From the IMG/VR virus record IMGVR_UViG_3300030433_001577, positions 389 to 64,388 of that record: DNA of 64,000 bases; one strand, written 5' to 3'. Shown piece after piece: positions 1-8,974 of this stretch. The stretch's first letter is position 1. Every line of letters begins with the position of its first letter. The stretch is from a virus (taxonomy: Duplodnaviria > Caudoviricetes). A program made the position numbers and the translations under genes. A model generated the notes under the pieces. It searched no databases and was not told the DNA's origin. It worked only from the letters and a program-made list of their open reading frames with translations.

Positions 1-423
1 ATGCCACTTGAGTCAGCACAAATGTTATGCACGGCCCACTGGTGTCATAATCGGAATGTGAAAGAATTGCAGGATTTGTATAAACCTGTTCACGTTAATC
101 ATCCGACAACAATATGGACACGGGAAAGTGCCACACAGTATTCTTATCATTACAATTTATTCTTGGCTATGTGCGAAGAATATACTTACAGATATGGCAA
201 AGTTCATGCTTCGGAGAAAAAATTCAGGGGCAGGTTGGAAAGACCACCAGAAAAAATTGCCAATGTGATTACATGGAGAGAACCTCCACAATGTATGCCA
301 GAAGAATGCAAGGTCGAAGGAGATGCGATTCTGGCATATAGACAATATTACAAAAAATACAAGATTAGTTTCAGTAGGCCGCAAGATTATATCAAGCGTG
401 AGAGGCCGATTTGGTTAGATTAA
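1..423 (+). CDS. Pyrimidine-dimer DNA glycosylase (T4 endonuclease V/DenV-like family), 5'-truncated by window edge
   Basis: MPLESAQMLCTAH...HVNHPTTIW...YTYRYGKVH and PQCMPEECKVEGDAILAYRQYY match the marine-phage pyrimidine-dimer glycosylase pattern; the usual N-terminus is missing. Confidence 0.7.
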   Translation: MPLESAQMLCTAHWCHNRNVKELQDLYKPVHVNHPTTIWTRESATQYSYHYNLFLAMCEEYTYRYGKVHASEKKFRGRLERPPEKIANVITWREPPQCMPEECKVEGDAILAYRQYYKKYKISFSRPQDYIKRERPIWLD

Positions 424-449
424 TATAGAAGAAACAAGGAGATAAAAGT

Positions 450-659
450 ATGTCAAAATTGAGAGAATATGAAAGATTGAAGAAGCGAATATTGGAACTT
501 GCAACTGAGAAGGCGAGGGAAGAAGTTATGGTAGAACGAGGGGAAGGCGACCCTGCAAAGGTAAATGATTTGCAAAGAAGATATGATTATAATATGTCAG
601 AGATAGCAAAACTCTATGCTGAAATGTCAAAAGAGGAACGGGATTCCATTGACATTTGA
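450..659 (+). CDS. Hypothetical coiled-coil protein
   Basis: ORF track; GGAGA RBS upstream; charged helical composition. Confidence 0.6.
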   Translation: MSKLREYERLKKRILELATEKAREEVMVERGEGDPAKVNDLQRRYDYNMSEIAKLYAEMSKEERDSIDI

Positions 660-769
660 ATATCTAACGTGTTGCTATGCGACACCTATTGAAGAATTGA
701 AACCGTTTGGTTTCTGTAATGATTGTTGGGAGACCAATGGAAAACCTAAGGCGATGAAAGGTGAAAGGA

Positions 770-922
770 ATGAGGAAGAAAATAAAAACATGCGAATGTA
801 AGAAAAACCCAAGCATATATTTTGTGCGAAAGAAGAATGATAACCGATACTTCACAGTCGAATGTGATATATGCGGTAAGCGAATAAATTTTCATCTAGG
901 TGGTGATGATTATGAGCGATGA
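770..922 (+). CDS. Small Zn-ribbon protein (not in ORF track)
   Basis: Read manually: MRKKIKTCECKKNPSIYFVRKKNDNRYFTVECDICGKRINFHLGGDDYER; CxC and CxxC; AAGG RBS. Confidence 0.45.
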   Translation: MRKKIKTCECKKNPSIYFVRKKNDNRYFTVECDICGKRINFHLGGDDYER

Positions 923-1139
923 GCATTTCAAGTGGTGCAAAATTTGCGACTCTCATGCCGACCTTTGTGTTGTAGAAGGCAGTTTGAGAGTCTTAGAAAT
1001 ATGGGAGAAAGAGAGTGGTGATAAGAGACACGATTGGACTTCAAGTGGACTGATTTACACCCCAATTTGTGAAGGGTGTTTTGAAGGTCTAATAAAAGAA
1101 ATATATAGGAAAGGCGGAATAATGGAGTTGATTAGATGA
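900..1139 (+). CDS. Small CxxC...CxxC Zn-binding protein
   Basis: CKICD...CEGC; GGTGATG RBS suggests a start near 912. Confidence 0.5.
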   Translation: MVMIMSDEHFKWCKICDSHADLCVVEGSLRVLEIWEKESGDKRHDWTSSGLIYTPICEGCFEGLIKEIYRKGGIMELIR

Positions 1140-1282
1140 AAACAATATGCGAGATATGCGGTGGGCCATTGACTCACCCTGATGAATTTAAGGTAGGCTA
1201 TCATTTGTCCTGCTATGAAGATTGGAAGATGAAGAATCATTTCTTCGGTGGGAGCAAAAAATGACTAGGGTCAGAATTTAAA

Positions 1283-1591
1283 ATGAAAGGAGATGAAAAG
1301 ATGAAAAAAATTGAGATAGGAAACATGAGTCTAAGTTTCAAACTTAGCGGACAGCAAATTGAATACATTATCCGTCAATTTGACGAGCGTGTATTGAGAA
1401 GATTTGTAGAGCAAAATTCGACAAATTTAATCGAAATGTTTGAATTGTTTGCAGTTTTGGTAGACAAGGACCAGAAGTTGCGCCAAAGAATTGACAATGC
1501 GGATATTTTATCCGATATTGCAATGGATTTTGAAGAACAAGACAGATTAACAACATGGGGGATGCAGTTTGGCACAGAAGAGAGTTCGTAA
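1283..1591 (+). CDS. Hypothetical protein
   Basis: ORF track; GGAGATG RBS before internal MKKIEIG. Confidence 0.55.
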   Translation: MKGDEKMKKIEIGNMSLSFKLSGQQIEYIIRQFDERVLRRFVEQNSTNLIEMFELFAVLVDKDQKLRQRIDNADILSDIAMDFEEQDRLTTWGMQFGTEESS

Positions 1592-1811
1592 ATGGGCTAG
1601 AGAATATCTAGAACAAAATGGACCTTCAACTGCTGAACAAGTCCAACAATATATTCAACAAAAATCAAAGCGTGGATATTCGGTAAGGAGTATCGCTATG
1701 ATTATGGTTCGTGACCCAATGATTAGGAATATTCATAAGGTTACACACAAAGGGGGTATTACTGAACCCTATTCAGTAAATCTATGGGAAAAGAAAGGTG
1801 AAGAAAAATGA
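1569..1811 (+). CDS. Winged helix-turn-helix protein
   Basis: AREYLEQNGPSTAEQVQQYI...SVRSIAMIM...C-terminal YSVNLW beta-wing; resembles 3899..4138. Confidence 0.5.
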   Translation: MAQKRVRKWAREYLEQNGPSTAEQVQQYIQQKSKRGYSVRSIAMIMVRDPMIRNIHKVTHKGGITEPYSVNLWEKKGEEK

Positions 1812-2098
1812 TGGAAGAAATACAAAGAATGGTAGAATTGGGATTGATTAATCAGTCCGACATTGAACGAATGATGAAGAGAGCAACGGGTGGTGCTTAT
1901 GTAGACGAGGCTTCAAAAGCCCGTATTGAGCATTGTATTGTTGAATACAACAACATGGTAGACTCTTTGCACCAATTGGGAGTAATCTCTGATGCCCGAT
2001 TGGATAGCACTAAGGCTAAGGTCAAGAAATTGGTCATAGCCGCAATTAAAGACGGAGAAACACTAGCGGTAGAAACGCAAACACAGGAGGAAGAATGA
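1808..2098 (+). CDS. Hypothetical protein directly upstream of, and translationally coupled to, the Ubl gene
   Basis: ORF track; ATGA overlaps at both ends. Confidence 0.65.
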   Translation: MMEEIQRMVELGLINQSDIERMMKRATGGAYVDEASKARIEHCIVEYNNMVDSLHQLGVISDARLDSTKAKVKKLVIAAIKDGETLAVETQTQEEE

Positions 2099-2304
2099 TG
2101 GTAAAAGTAACTATTTTGAACCAAACAGGGCATACAGTTCTCGACCTTTCGGTTGAGGAAACGATTGAAACAATTAACAACCACCCAACACATTGGGCTT
2201 ACGTCAATGGTGAATTGATGACGGTTGAACAAATTATGGCATTGCCAGAAGATGACATCGAGGATGTTGTCCTTACGCAAGCCATTGTAGGAGGCGACTA
2301 CTGA
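2095..2304 (+). CDS. Ubiquitin-like (beta-grasp, ThiS/MoaD/SAMP-like) protein precursor ending GG-DY
   Basis: 69 aa; N-terminal strands VKVTILN/HTVLDL, ThiS-like AYVNGEL, C-terminal VVLTQAIVGG followed by DY. Confidence 0.8.
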   Translation: MMVKVTILNQTGHTVLDLSVEETIETINNHPTHWAYVNGELMTVEQIMALPEDDIEDVVLTQAIVGGDY

Positions 2305-2335
2305 ACGAAAGTTCTTAGTTTCTTTACCCCCTAGT

Positions 2336-2368
2336 GCGTAGTTTGTGGTCTACGTCATCAAAACCACG
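2336..2368 (+). other. Putative H-type RNA pseudoknot in the intergenic region after the Ubl gene
   Basis: CGTAG(2337-41) pairs with CTACG(2350-54); loop GTGGT(2345-49) pairs with ACCAC(2363-67). Confidence 0.3.
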
Positions 2369-2379
2369 TTTTTTAGAAG

Positions 2380-2697
2380 GTGAAAGGAATGGATGAAAGA
2401 GAGATTTTATTTAAGTATTTAGAACGACAAACGGTGTATATCTTGTATAAAGATTTCTGGACAAGGAAATTTAGCAACAGTTTGCAGGACAGGTTTGGCA
2501 TCAGCCAATACAGAAACCGTCAATTAACAAAGTCGATGGTTTTCGACGATGAGTTTTGGGCTGCTCTTAAGACATCCTCAACTTATCGTTACGTTAAGAA
2601 AGAACAAGCCTACAAAACGCTGATGTATAGTATGAGGAGAGATGCATATGATTTGGTTCGTAAAGATGCTTTGGCAAATGCCAAGAGCGATGATTGA
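2380..2697 (+). CDS. Hypothetical protein
   Basis: ORF track; GGTGAAAGG RBS before internal MDER. Confidence 0.55.
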   Translation: MKGMDEREILFKYLERQTVYILYKDFWTRKFSNSLQDRFGISQYRNRQLTKSMVFDDEFWAALKTSSTYRYVKKEQAYKTLMYSMRRDAYDLVRKDALANAKSDD

Positions 2698-2989
2698 ATA
2701 CAGGCGTGAATACAAACAGGTTCAGTTTGTTCGTAAAGTCCGAAAGCAATTCAATGAGGTTCAGTCTTACTTTATTATCATTGATAAGTTTAAGGAACTT
2801 TATGACGATGAGGAATTTTATTTAGTTAGTCTAAAAGATATGGCTGACCGAGATAGTGATTTACCTCAGTCTGAACTAGAACGATTTTTTGACAAGGGTG
2901 TTGAATTAGGAATATTTAACCCCCGTGTCATTGAAACCATTCCCAAAGTAGAGGCAACTCCCGCTTGGAAACTTTGGGAAGAAGAATAG
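2690..2989 (+). CDS. Hypothetical protein
   Basis: In-frame ATG at 2690 of track ORF 2642..2989, overlapping the upstream stop. Confidence 0.55.
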   Translation: MIEYRREYKQVQFVRKVRKQFNEVQSYFIIIDKFKELYDDEEFYLVSLKDMADRDSDLPQSELERFFDKGVELGIFNPRVIETIPKVEATPAWKLWEEE

Positions 2990-3016
2990 TGGAGGGAGGG
3001 TCGGCAAAAAGGTCAT

Positions 3017-3050
3017 GGACTTATAGTGGGGTTGTGTCCATTATAAGTCC
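3017..3050 (+). other. 13-bp inverted repeat (hairpin) in non-coding gap
   Basis: GGACTTATAGTGG-ggttgtgt-CCATTATAAGTCC, one G-U pair. Confidence 0.6.
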
Positions 3051-3189
3051 GCATTTTACCTACGAAGTGAACCTTAGGGTAATAGATTCAAAAACATATG
3101 CACATATAATAAGGAGATACTATCTAGTCCAAGCACTAAAACCAATTGATAGCGAGAGGGTGAAATGCCCTCATCAAGGAGATATAAAT

Positions 3190-3390
3190 ATGATAACTAA
3201 TAAAGATATTATGAGGCCCATTGTAGGAACTTTAGCCCTACAACCCCTAGCCCTTTGGTGGGCTTGGATGATGAACATTAACTATATGGCAAATCTAGGA
3301 TTTTTTACAGTAATTTCTACTCTGTATTTGATTCCGATTTACTATTTCTATGAGGAGATTTTTGACGGAGGGAAAGCCAATGTCGAATAA
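3190..3390 (+). CDS. Small membrane protein
   Basis: ATG at 3190 after GGAGA RBS (in-frame with track ORF 2965..3390); two hydrophobic segments. Confidence 0.5.
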   Translation: MITNKDIMRPIVGTLALQPLALWWAWMMNINYMANLGFFTVISTLYLIPIYYFYEEIFDGGKANVE

Positions 3391-3628
3391 TATTCCAACT
3401 TGGATTCGATGGAAACCTGTTCTTGAATGTCAAAAGATGGCTTGTGCATGTCAATTGAAAAACAAGACAGGTTTGATGAGAGAACATTGTGAAAACGACA
3501 AAGGTTGTGGAAACTTTGTTCGCATGGATTTTGGTTGCTGGATTTTGGGTAATGGTTCTAAACCAGTCCGAAGATGCAACGAAGATTGCAATTGTCCTTG
3601 TCATCAATATGAGGAGGATGAGGAATAA
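3380..3628 (+). CDS. Cys-rich Zn-binding protein
   Basis: ATG at 3380 after GGAGGG; ECQKMACAC...HC...GC...CNEDCNCPCH. Confidence 0.55.
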   Translation: MSNNIPTWIRWKPVLECQKMACACQLKNKTGLMREHCENDKGCGNFVRMDFGCWILGNGSKPVRRCNEDCNCPCHQYEEDEE

Positions 3629-3636
3629 GACAAACT

Positions 3637-3711
3637 GGGCATATGGTGTAATGGATAGCATTTTGGCCTTCTAAGCCGAAGATACGGGTTCGATTCCTGT
3701 TATGCCCGCCA
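3637..3711 (+). tRNA. tRNA-Arg, anticodon UCU, encoded CCA
   Basis: Acceptor GGGCATA/TATGCCC; anticodon stem TTGGC/GCCGA with loop CT-TCT-AA; T arm ACGGG-TTCGATT-CCTGT; discriminator G then CCA. Confidence 0.93.
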
Positions 3712-3898
3712 ATTCACAAAAGGAGATGAAAATATGATACTATGGGAAAATTGGAGAACATTGAAAGATATAGCAGATGAAGAAGATATAAACCTATTAG
3801 TCGAAGAACTAATAGAACTAGTAGTAAGAAGTGAGGGCGAAAATTACGTCATCAGTCTACTAGGCGACTACATTAACTCAATACTTGAGGGATGAAAT

Positions 3899-4138
3899 AT
3901 GAAAGGAAGAAACAAGAAAAACATTGAACTGATTCGTCAGTTTTTGGAAGAAAAGAAAAAGGCAAGCACCCATGAAATTTATGATTGGATGAACGAAAAT
4001 TGTTATTGGGGTGTAACCCTGCGACAACTAACCAACGTTTTGTGTAAAACTAAGTCAAAGTTTGCAAAGGTTGGCACGGCTGAAATCAGAACAACCCTGA
4101 ATAACAAGACAGAAATTACCATTTGGAGAAATGTTTAA
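3899..4138 (+). CDS. Winged helix-turn-helix protein
   Basis: IRQFLEEKKKASTHEIYDWMN...GVTLRQLTNVL...FAKVG...ITIW. Confidence 0.6.
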   Translation: MKGRNKKNIELIRQFLEEKKKASTHEIYDWMNENCYWGVTLRQLTNVLCKTKSKFAKVGTAEIRTTLNNKTEITIWRNV

Positions 4139-4163
4139 AAAGAAGTTTTGAGGTGAAAAAAAC

Positions 4164-6056
4164 ATGACAACAACAACAAACATAGACGATAAAGCCATTT
4201 TGAGCGACATTACTGTTCATATGAAGTATGCACGGTATCTAAACGAGCAAAATAGGCGAGAAACATGGAACGAACTGATTGAGAGAAATAAGCAAATGCA
4301 TCTCAAAAAGTATGGGAAAATCGAAGGCTACACGGAATTGATTGAAACTGCCTACAAAATGGTGGAGGAAAAGAAGATTCTACCTAGCATGAGAAGTTTG
4401 CAATTTGGTGGAAAGTCCATCGAAGTTGCACCTAATCGAATTTACAACTGTGCATATTTGCCCGTAGATTCTTTGGAGAGTTTTTCTGAATCAATTTTCC
4501 TACTTTTAGGAGGAACGGGCGTGGGCTATTCTGTTCAGCGACACCACGTTGAACAATTGCCAGAAATCAGAAAACCTAATCCTAACCGAAAGCGAAGATA
4601 TTTGATTGGTGATTCTATCGAAGGTTGGGCTGATGCAGTTAAGGTATTGATTAAGAGTTATTTTGGTCAAAACGTTTCTACACCAGTCTTTGACTATTCA
4701 GACATTCGACCTAAAGGTTCTATTTTGGTAACATCAGGAGGTAAAGCACCTGGACCTGCCCCATTAAGAGAATGTTTGGTAAAGGTAGAAAATATGCTAA
4801 AAGGAATGCAAGATGGGGATAAACTTACACCGCTTCAGGCACATGATATTATGTGTCATTTGGCTGATGCAGTATTGGCAGGTGGAATTCGACGTGCTGC
4901 TCTAATTAGTTTGTTCTCGGCTGACGACATGGAAATGATTACTTGCAAGTCTGGCAATTGGTGGGAATTGAACCCACAAAGGGGAAGGGCTAACAATTCT
5001 GCTGTATTGCTCAGAAACAGAATTACAAAGTCTTTCTTCCTGCAACTGTGGAAAAGAATTCAAGAGTCGGGAAGTGGAGAACCTGGGATTTATTTTTCCA
5101 ACGATAAAGATTGGGGGACAAACCCATGCTGTGAAATTGCTCTAAGACCATATCAATTCTGCAATCTTGTGGAGATAAATGCGTCGTCTGTTGAATCCGA
5201 ATTGGACTTCCTTCGACGTGTAAAATATGCTACACTAATTGCAACAATGCAAGCAGGATATACAGACTTCCACTATCTAAGAGATATTTGGAAAAAGAAT
5301 ACAGAAAAGGATGCACTTTTGGGTATCAGTATGACAGGAATTGCTAGTGGAACTTTGGACAACTTCAACTTTGAAGAATTGATGGAAGCATCAAATGATT
5401 TAATCCGTGATTGTAATGCTGAATTTGCTGAAGACTTTGGTATCAATCCTGCGGCTAGAACAACTTGCGTTAAACCTGCGGGAACTACTTCTCTAGTTTT
5501 GGGAACTTCCTCAGGTATTCACGCATGGCACAATGATTACTACATCCGTCGCATTAGGGTTGGTAAGAATGAAGCCATTTACAATTACCTGTTAAAGACA
5601 TTGCCAGAAATTGTAGAAGATGAAGCGTTTCGCCCACATGATACTGCTGTAATTTCAATTCCACAAAAAGCACCTTCAGGCGCAAGCACTAGAACTGAAA
5701 ATGTTTTCGAGTTCCTAGAACGTGTGCGAAATTATTCAAAACATTGGGTAAAGAATGGGCATCGAGATGGACTTAATACTCACAATGTTTCCGCTACAAT
5801 TTCTGTTAAAGAAAATGAGTGGGATAGTGTAGGTAATTGGATGTGGAATAATCGAGAATACTACAATGGATTAAGTGTGCTTCCGTATGACGGTGGCACT
5901 TACACTCAAGCACCATTTGAAGATATTACAGAAGAACAATATCTGGAAATGGTCGCTATGTTAAAGGGATTAGACATGACACAAGTTATTGAACAGGAGG
6001 ACAATACAGACCTTCAAGGTGAAATTGCGTGTGCAGGTGGTCTATGTGAAATCTAG
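4164..6056 (+). CDS. nrdJ: Class II (adenosylcobalamin-dependent) ribonucleotide reductase
   Basis: KILPSMRSLQFGG, IYNCAY, GGIRRAALISL, TNPCCEI (thiyl Cys), TTCVKPAGT, C-terminal CAGGLCEI; no nrdB in window. Confidence 0.93.
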   Translation: MTTTTNIDDKAILSDITVHMKYARYLNEQNRRETWNELIERNKQMHLKKYGKIEGYTELIETAYKMVEEKKILPSMRSLQFGGKSIEVAPNRIYNCAYLPVDSLESFSESIFLLLGGTGVGYSVQRHHVEQLPEIRKPNPNRKRRYLIGDSIEGWADAVKVLIKSYFGQNVSTPVFDYSDIRPKGSILVTSGGKAPGPAPLRECLVKVENMLKGMQDGDKLTPLQAHDIMCHLADAVLAGGIRRAALISLFSADDMEMITCKSGNWWELNPQRGRANNSAVLLRNRITKSFFLQLWKRIQESGSGEPGIYFSNDKDWGTNPCCEIALRPYQFCNLVEINASSVESELDFLRRVKYATLIATMQAGYTDFHYLRDIWKKNTEKDALLGISMTGIASGTLDNFNFEELMEASNDLIRDCNAEFAEDFGINPAARTTCVKPAGTTSLVLGTSSGIHAWHNDYYIRRIRVGKNEAIYNYLLKTLPEIVEDEAFRPHDTAVISIPQKAPSGASTRTENVFEFLERVRNYSKHWVKNGHRDGLNTHNVSATISVKENEWDSVGNWMWNNREYYNGLSVLPYDGGTYTQAPFEDITEEQYLEMVAMLKGLDMTQVIEQEDNTDLQGEIACAGGLCEI

Positions 6057-6257
6057 AAACAAAGAAATTTTCTTCAGGCCCGTCAATACAATTATGAAAG
6101 ACGGTGAATGGAGAAGCGAAGAACAAATCCAAAAGGCGTGGATTGACCTGCCCCGCCATGATGGATTAAAAAGAAAAATGATAGGAACTGTAAATGAAAT
6201 ACGTTCTTATCTCAGGTTAAACCAAAACTATGAAATGAAAGATGGAAAGGTGAAAGA

Positions 6258-6470
6258 ATGGAGAATGAAAGTTTGAATGAAAATGTTGTGTATCGGGTAA
6301 CAAGTCTAAAATCTAATGGCTCGGTATGGACAAAGACGTATGAAGATAAGGACAAGTTGGCCGAAGTAATGCCAATCTTGATTGAACAATACCCTCATGT
6401 AGTGATTAGCCGTCAAGTGCTAAAGAAACCACATCTGGAATATTTGAGGGGGCTTGGCGATGGAAATTGA
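6258..6470 (+). CDS. Hypothetical protein
   Basis: ORF track; GGTGA RBS. Confidence 0.6.
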   Translation: MENESLNENVVYRVTSLKSNGSVWTKTYEDKDKLAEVMPILIEQYPHVVISRQVLKKPHLEYLRGLGDGN

Positions 6471-6687
6471 ATTTAGGATTATCGAGGATGAAAATTTGCC
6501 AATTATCTTCATTGATGGTGAAGATTTGCGACCTATAATTACTATCAACGCACATAGTAAAAACCGTGTCTGGCTAAGTATTCATCGCAACACAATACCT
6601 GGAATTGCACAAAGTCTACAAGCAAAACTTACTGAGATTTGCGACTCATATCTAAAGCAAAGATATTGGATGGAGGGAGAAGAATGA
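6454..6687 (+). CDS. Hypothetical protein
   Basis: ORF track; coupled to neighbours. Confidence 0.6.
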   Translation: MAMEIEFRIIEDENLPIIFIDGEDLRPIITINAHSKNRVWLSIHRNTIPGIAQSLQAKLTEICDSYLKQRYWMEGEE

Positions 6688-6827
6688 GTAAAATTGTTGG
6701 ATGGAATATTTTTGTTGAAGTTGAAGATGATGACGGACAATTGGAATTAGTTGCGTGGAATATCTCTGATTATATCGCACAACAAATTGACCTTGAATAT
6801 CAAGAATTATTGGAGGAAGAAGAATGA
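6684..6827 (+). CDS. Small acidic hypothetical protein
   Basis: ATG at 6684 after GGAGGGAG; ATGA overlap with upstream stop. Confidence 0.5.
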   Translation: MSKIVGWNIFVEVEDDDGQLELVAWNISDYIAQQIDLEYQELLEEEE

Positions 6828-6982
6828 ATGTAGTTAAAAGATGGAAAGAAATAATAAAAGAAATTAAAACAAGAACCCATAGTCACGGAACGCTTAGTGG
6901 CGGAATGAAAAGTTATTACAATAGGCGTGAGCAAATTGCCGCTTTATTGGTTATTGCTGAAGTATTACAAGGTGATGAATAA
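6824..6982 (+). CDS. Small hypothetical protein (not in ORF track)
   Basis: MNVVKRWKEIIKEIKTRTHSHG...LQGDE; fills the gap exactly with overlapping start/stop codons. Confidence 0.55.
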   Translation: MNVVKRWKEIIKEIKTRTHSHGTLSGGMKSYYNRREQIAALLVIAEVLQGDE

Positions 6983-8397
6983 TGACAGCACAATCTAGAA
7001 ACTCAGGTTACAGAACGGCTACAAGTAATACAACCTTTACCTATACTAGTTCTTATGGTAGAATGCGAGAAGGTAGAAATTCTGTCTACAATATCTCTCA
7101 ACCTAATAATAGGTCAGGGACACAAGATGATGGAACGTTGGCTACTAAGCACGTTTCAAAAATTTTGAATGGAACACTAAAGGCTTATAGGTGGATTACA
7201 TTTACAAAGCCCGTTGGAACGCAAAGACCAACTCCCCCTTCTTTGAAGATGGACTTGAAAATGGGAAGTAGTTATCTACATTTCTTTAGAGTTGATAACA
7301 AAACATACTGCAATGGTTTCCCTATCAAGTCATACATGACAGGACCAATTTTCTTGGGCTGTTTTAGCAAACTAGCGTCATGGAATCAAGATAAAGTAGA
7401 TGAATTTGTCTACAATTCTATGGATTCTGTGCCAGAAGTTTTGGCCGCTATGACCAACAATTTGAAGTTCAATTATATGCTAAATGGTAGATGGGAAACT
7501 TCCTTGTTAAAGGTCAGTTTGATTAGCCGTAAGGAAGTTGCCGTTCAATTGTATGAAGGGTGTTGGATGCCCATGAAGCAAACAGCATTCAGAAGTTTGT
7601 TCAATGCAGGTGCGGGTAGAAATAACAAATATTCTACCATGAGTCCTGAGGAACTATATTTCAAATGCACGGGTGAACATTTAACAGATGTGCAAATTAA
7701 ATATATGTATGCATATTTGGACCAAAATACTTCAACAAAATTGGTTACAAAAAGAAGCCTAGAATTGTTGGATGGACTGCCAGAAATGTTCCCCACTAGA
7801 GTTAAGAAGTTTGACTTCGATAGCGATAAAAACGGTTACAGATACAACACGGTAATGTTTGTAAAAGGTAATCAATTAGATTGGATTGTATCTGGTAGCG
7901 TGAATTATGAAAAGGTCAGGACAGGCAGACAAAATGTTTCGAGTCAAGTAGTCATTGACATTAGAAATTATGACTTGCAGGTTACAATACCTTCTGATGA
8001 TGGGATTGGTTCTATCAATAACTATACAATCAAGAGTTGGTCTAACATGATGTCTCATTGCGTTGCTATGAAAAATAACCCAAACTGGAGATTCGATTTA
8101 ATTCCCAAGCAAAATTTTTATGGCATGTCCGCCCTCAATCTAAGACGTAACACTGGTGCGATTTATTATTGTAAAGAAAGCAAACAAGCCTTTGTTTCCT
8201 TAAGCGGAATCTGTATCGACCAATCGAATACTGATGTATCTATTGGCGACCAATTTGCCTCAAGGGTTATGGCGTTTCTAAATGACACGGCTAGTTTTAA
8301 CCGTGTTTCAACTATGAGAAGTTACAGTAAAATTAAACCAGCATTTAGAGTTGATTTCGATGCCCTGTCTGAATTGCAAATCCCGACTTTTGAGTAG
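6982..8397 (+). CDS. Large hypothetical protein heading the TFB-E1-JAB gene run
   Basis: 471-aa ORF; GGTGA RBS; no family recognised. Confidence 0.75.
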   Translation: MTAQSRNSGYRTATSNTTFTYTSSYGRMREGRNSVYNISQPNNRSGTQDDGTLATKHVSKILNGTLKAYRWITFTKPVGTQRPTPPSLKMDLKMGSSYLHFFRVDNKTYCNGFPIKSYMTGPIFLGCFSKLASWNQDKVDEFVYNSMDSVPEVLAAMTNNLKFNYMLNGRWETSLLKVSLISRKEVAVQLYEGCWMPMKQTAFRSLFNAGAGRNNKYSTMSPEELYFKCTGEHLTDVQIKYMYAYLDQNTSTKLVTKRSLELLDGLPEMFPTRVKKFDFDSDKNGYRYNTVMFVKGNQLDWIVSGSVNYEKVRTGRQNVSSQVVIDIRNYDLQVTIPSDDGIGSINNYTIKSWSNMMSHCVAMKNNPNWRFDLIPKQNFYGMSALNLRRNTGAIYYCKESKQAFVSLSGICIDQSNTDVSIGDQFASRVMAFLNDTASFNRVSTMRSYSKIKPAFRVDFDALSELQIPTFE

Positions 8398-8974
8398 AGT
8401 AAAAGAGGTCTTTGTTTGTGGGGAGTGTGGTCTTGTGAATGTGTCTAAAATTGTCTCCTTTTCTGAAAGTAGAGATATTGACAGGGAATTCATAGACCTC
8501 ACATTATTGTATAGGGAATGGGATTTACCTCATCTTGATGAGGCGAAGAAGTATATGCGTTCAGCATATGTGTATATTCATAGTGGAAGATTTTCAATGG
8601 CAGAAATGTCGGCAACAGTAGCACATATCCATATGCGTAATTTGGATAGGCCGACTAATCTTTACAAACATTGTAAATATCTAGGAATAAGAACGACGAA
8701 AGTAAAAAGAATGATTGATAGGTTGAAGGATTTTTGGGATGTTGATTGGCACTACAACATCGAGGAAGCCCACAGACTTTGCGATACTTTAGAAGTAGAT
8801 TTTGACGTAGAAGTTATGCAGAAAGTTGCGGATGAAATGGTATTAACGCCATCAATAATAGCCGCAGTAGTCTACATGACTAATGATATGTCGCATAGAA
8901 AGGTCGCAAATCTGTTCAACCTAAGTGCTACAAATGTGCTAAACAAAAAGAAAAAATTGGAGGAAATAATATGA
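8360..8974 (+). CDS. tfb: Archaeal transcription factor B (TFIIB)-like protein
   Basis: N-terminal Zn ribbon CLNC...CGECG; cyclin-repeat-like core; C-terminal PSIIAAVVY...SHRKVANLFNLSATNV matching the TFB second repeat/HTH. Confidence 0.75.
   Translation: MPCLNCKSRLLSRVKEVFVCGECGLVNVSKIVSFSESRDIDREFIDLTLLYREWDLPHLDEAKKYMRSAYVYIHSGRFSMAEMSATVAHIHMRNLDRPTNLYKHCKYLGIRTTKVKRMIDRLKDFWDVDWHYNIEEAHRLCDTLEVDFDVEVMQKVADEMVLTPSIIAAVVYMTNDMSHRKVANLFNLSATNVLNKKKKLEEII

Noticed and set aside
6824-6982. RWKEIIKE as a 13th tagged protein
   Set aside because: The W is at position 7, the gene is in the early arm, and such amphipathic helices arise by chance; not counted.
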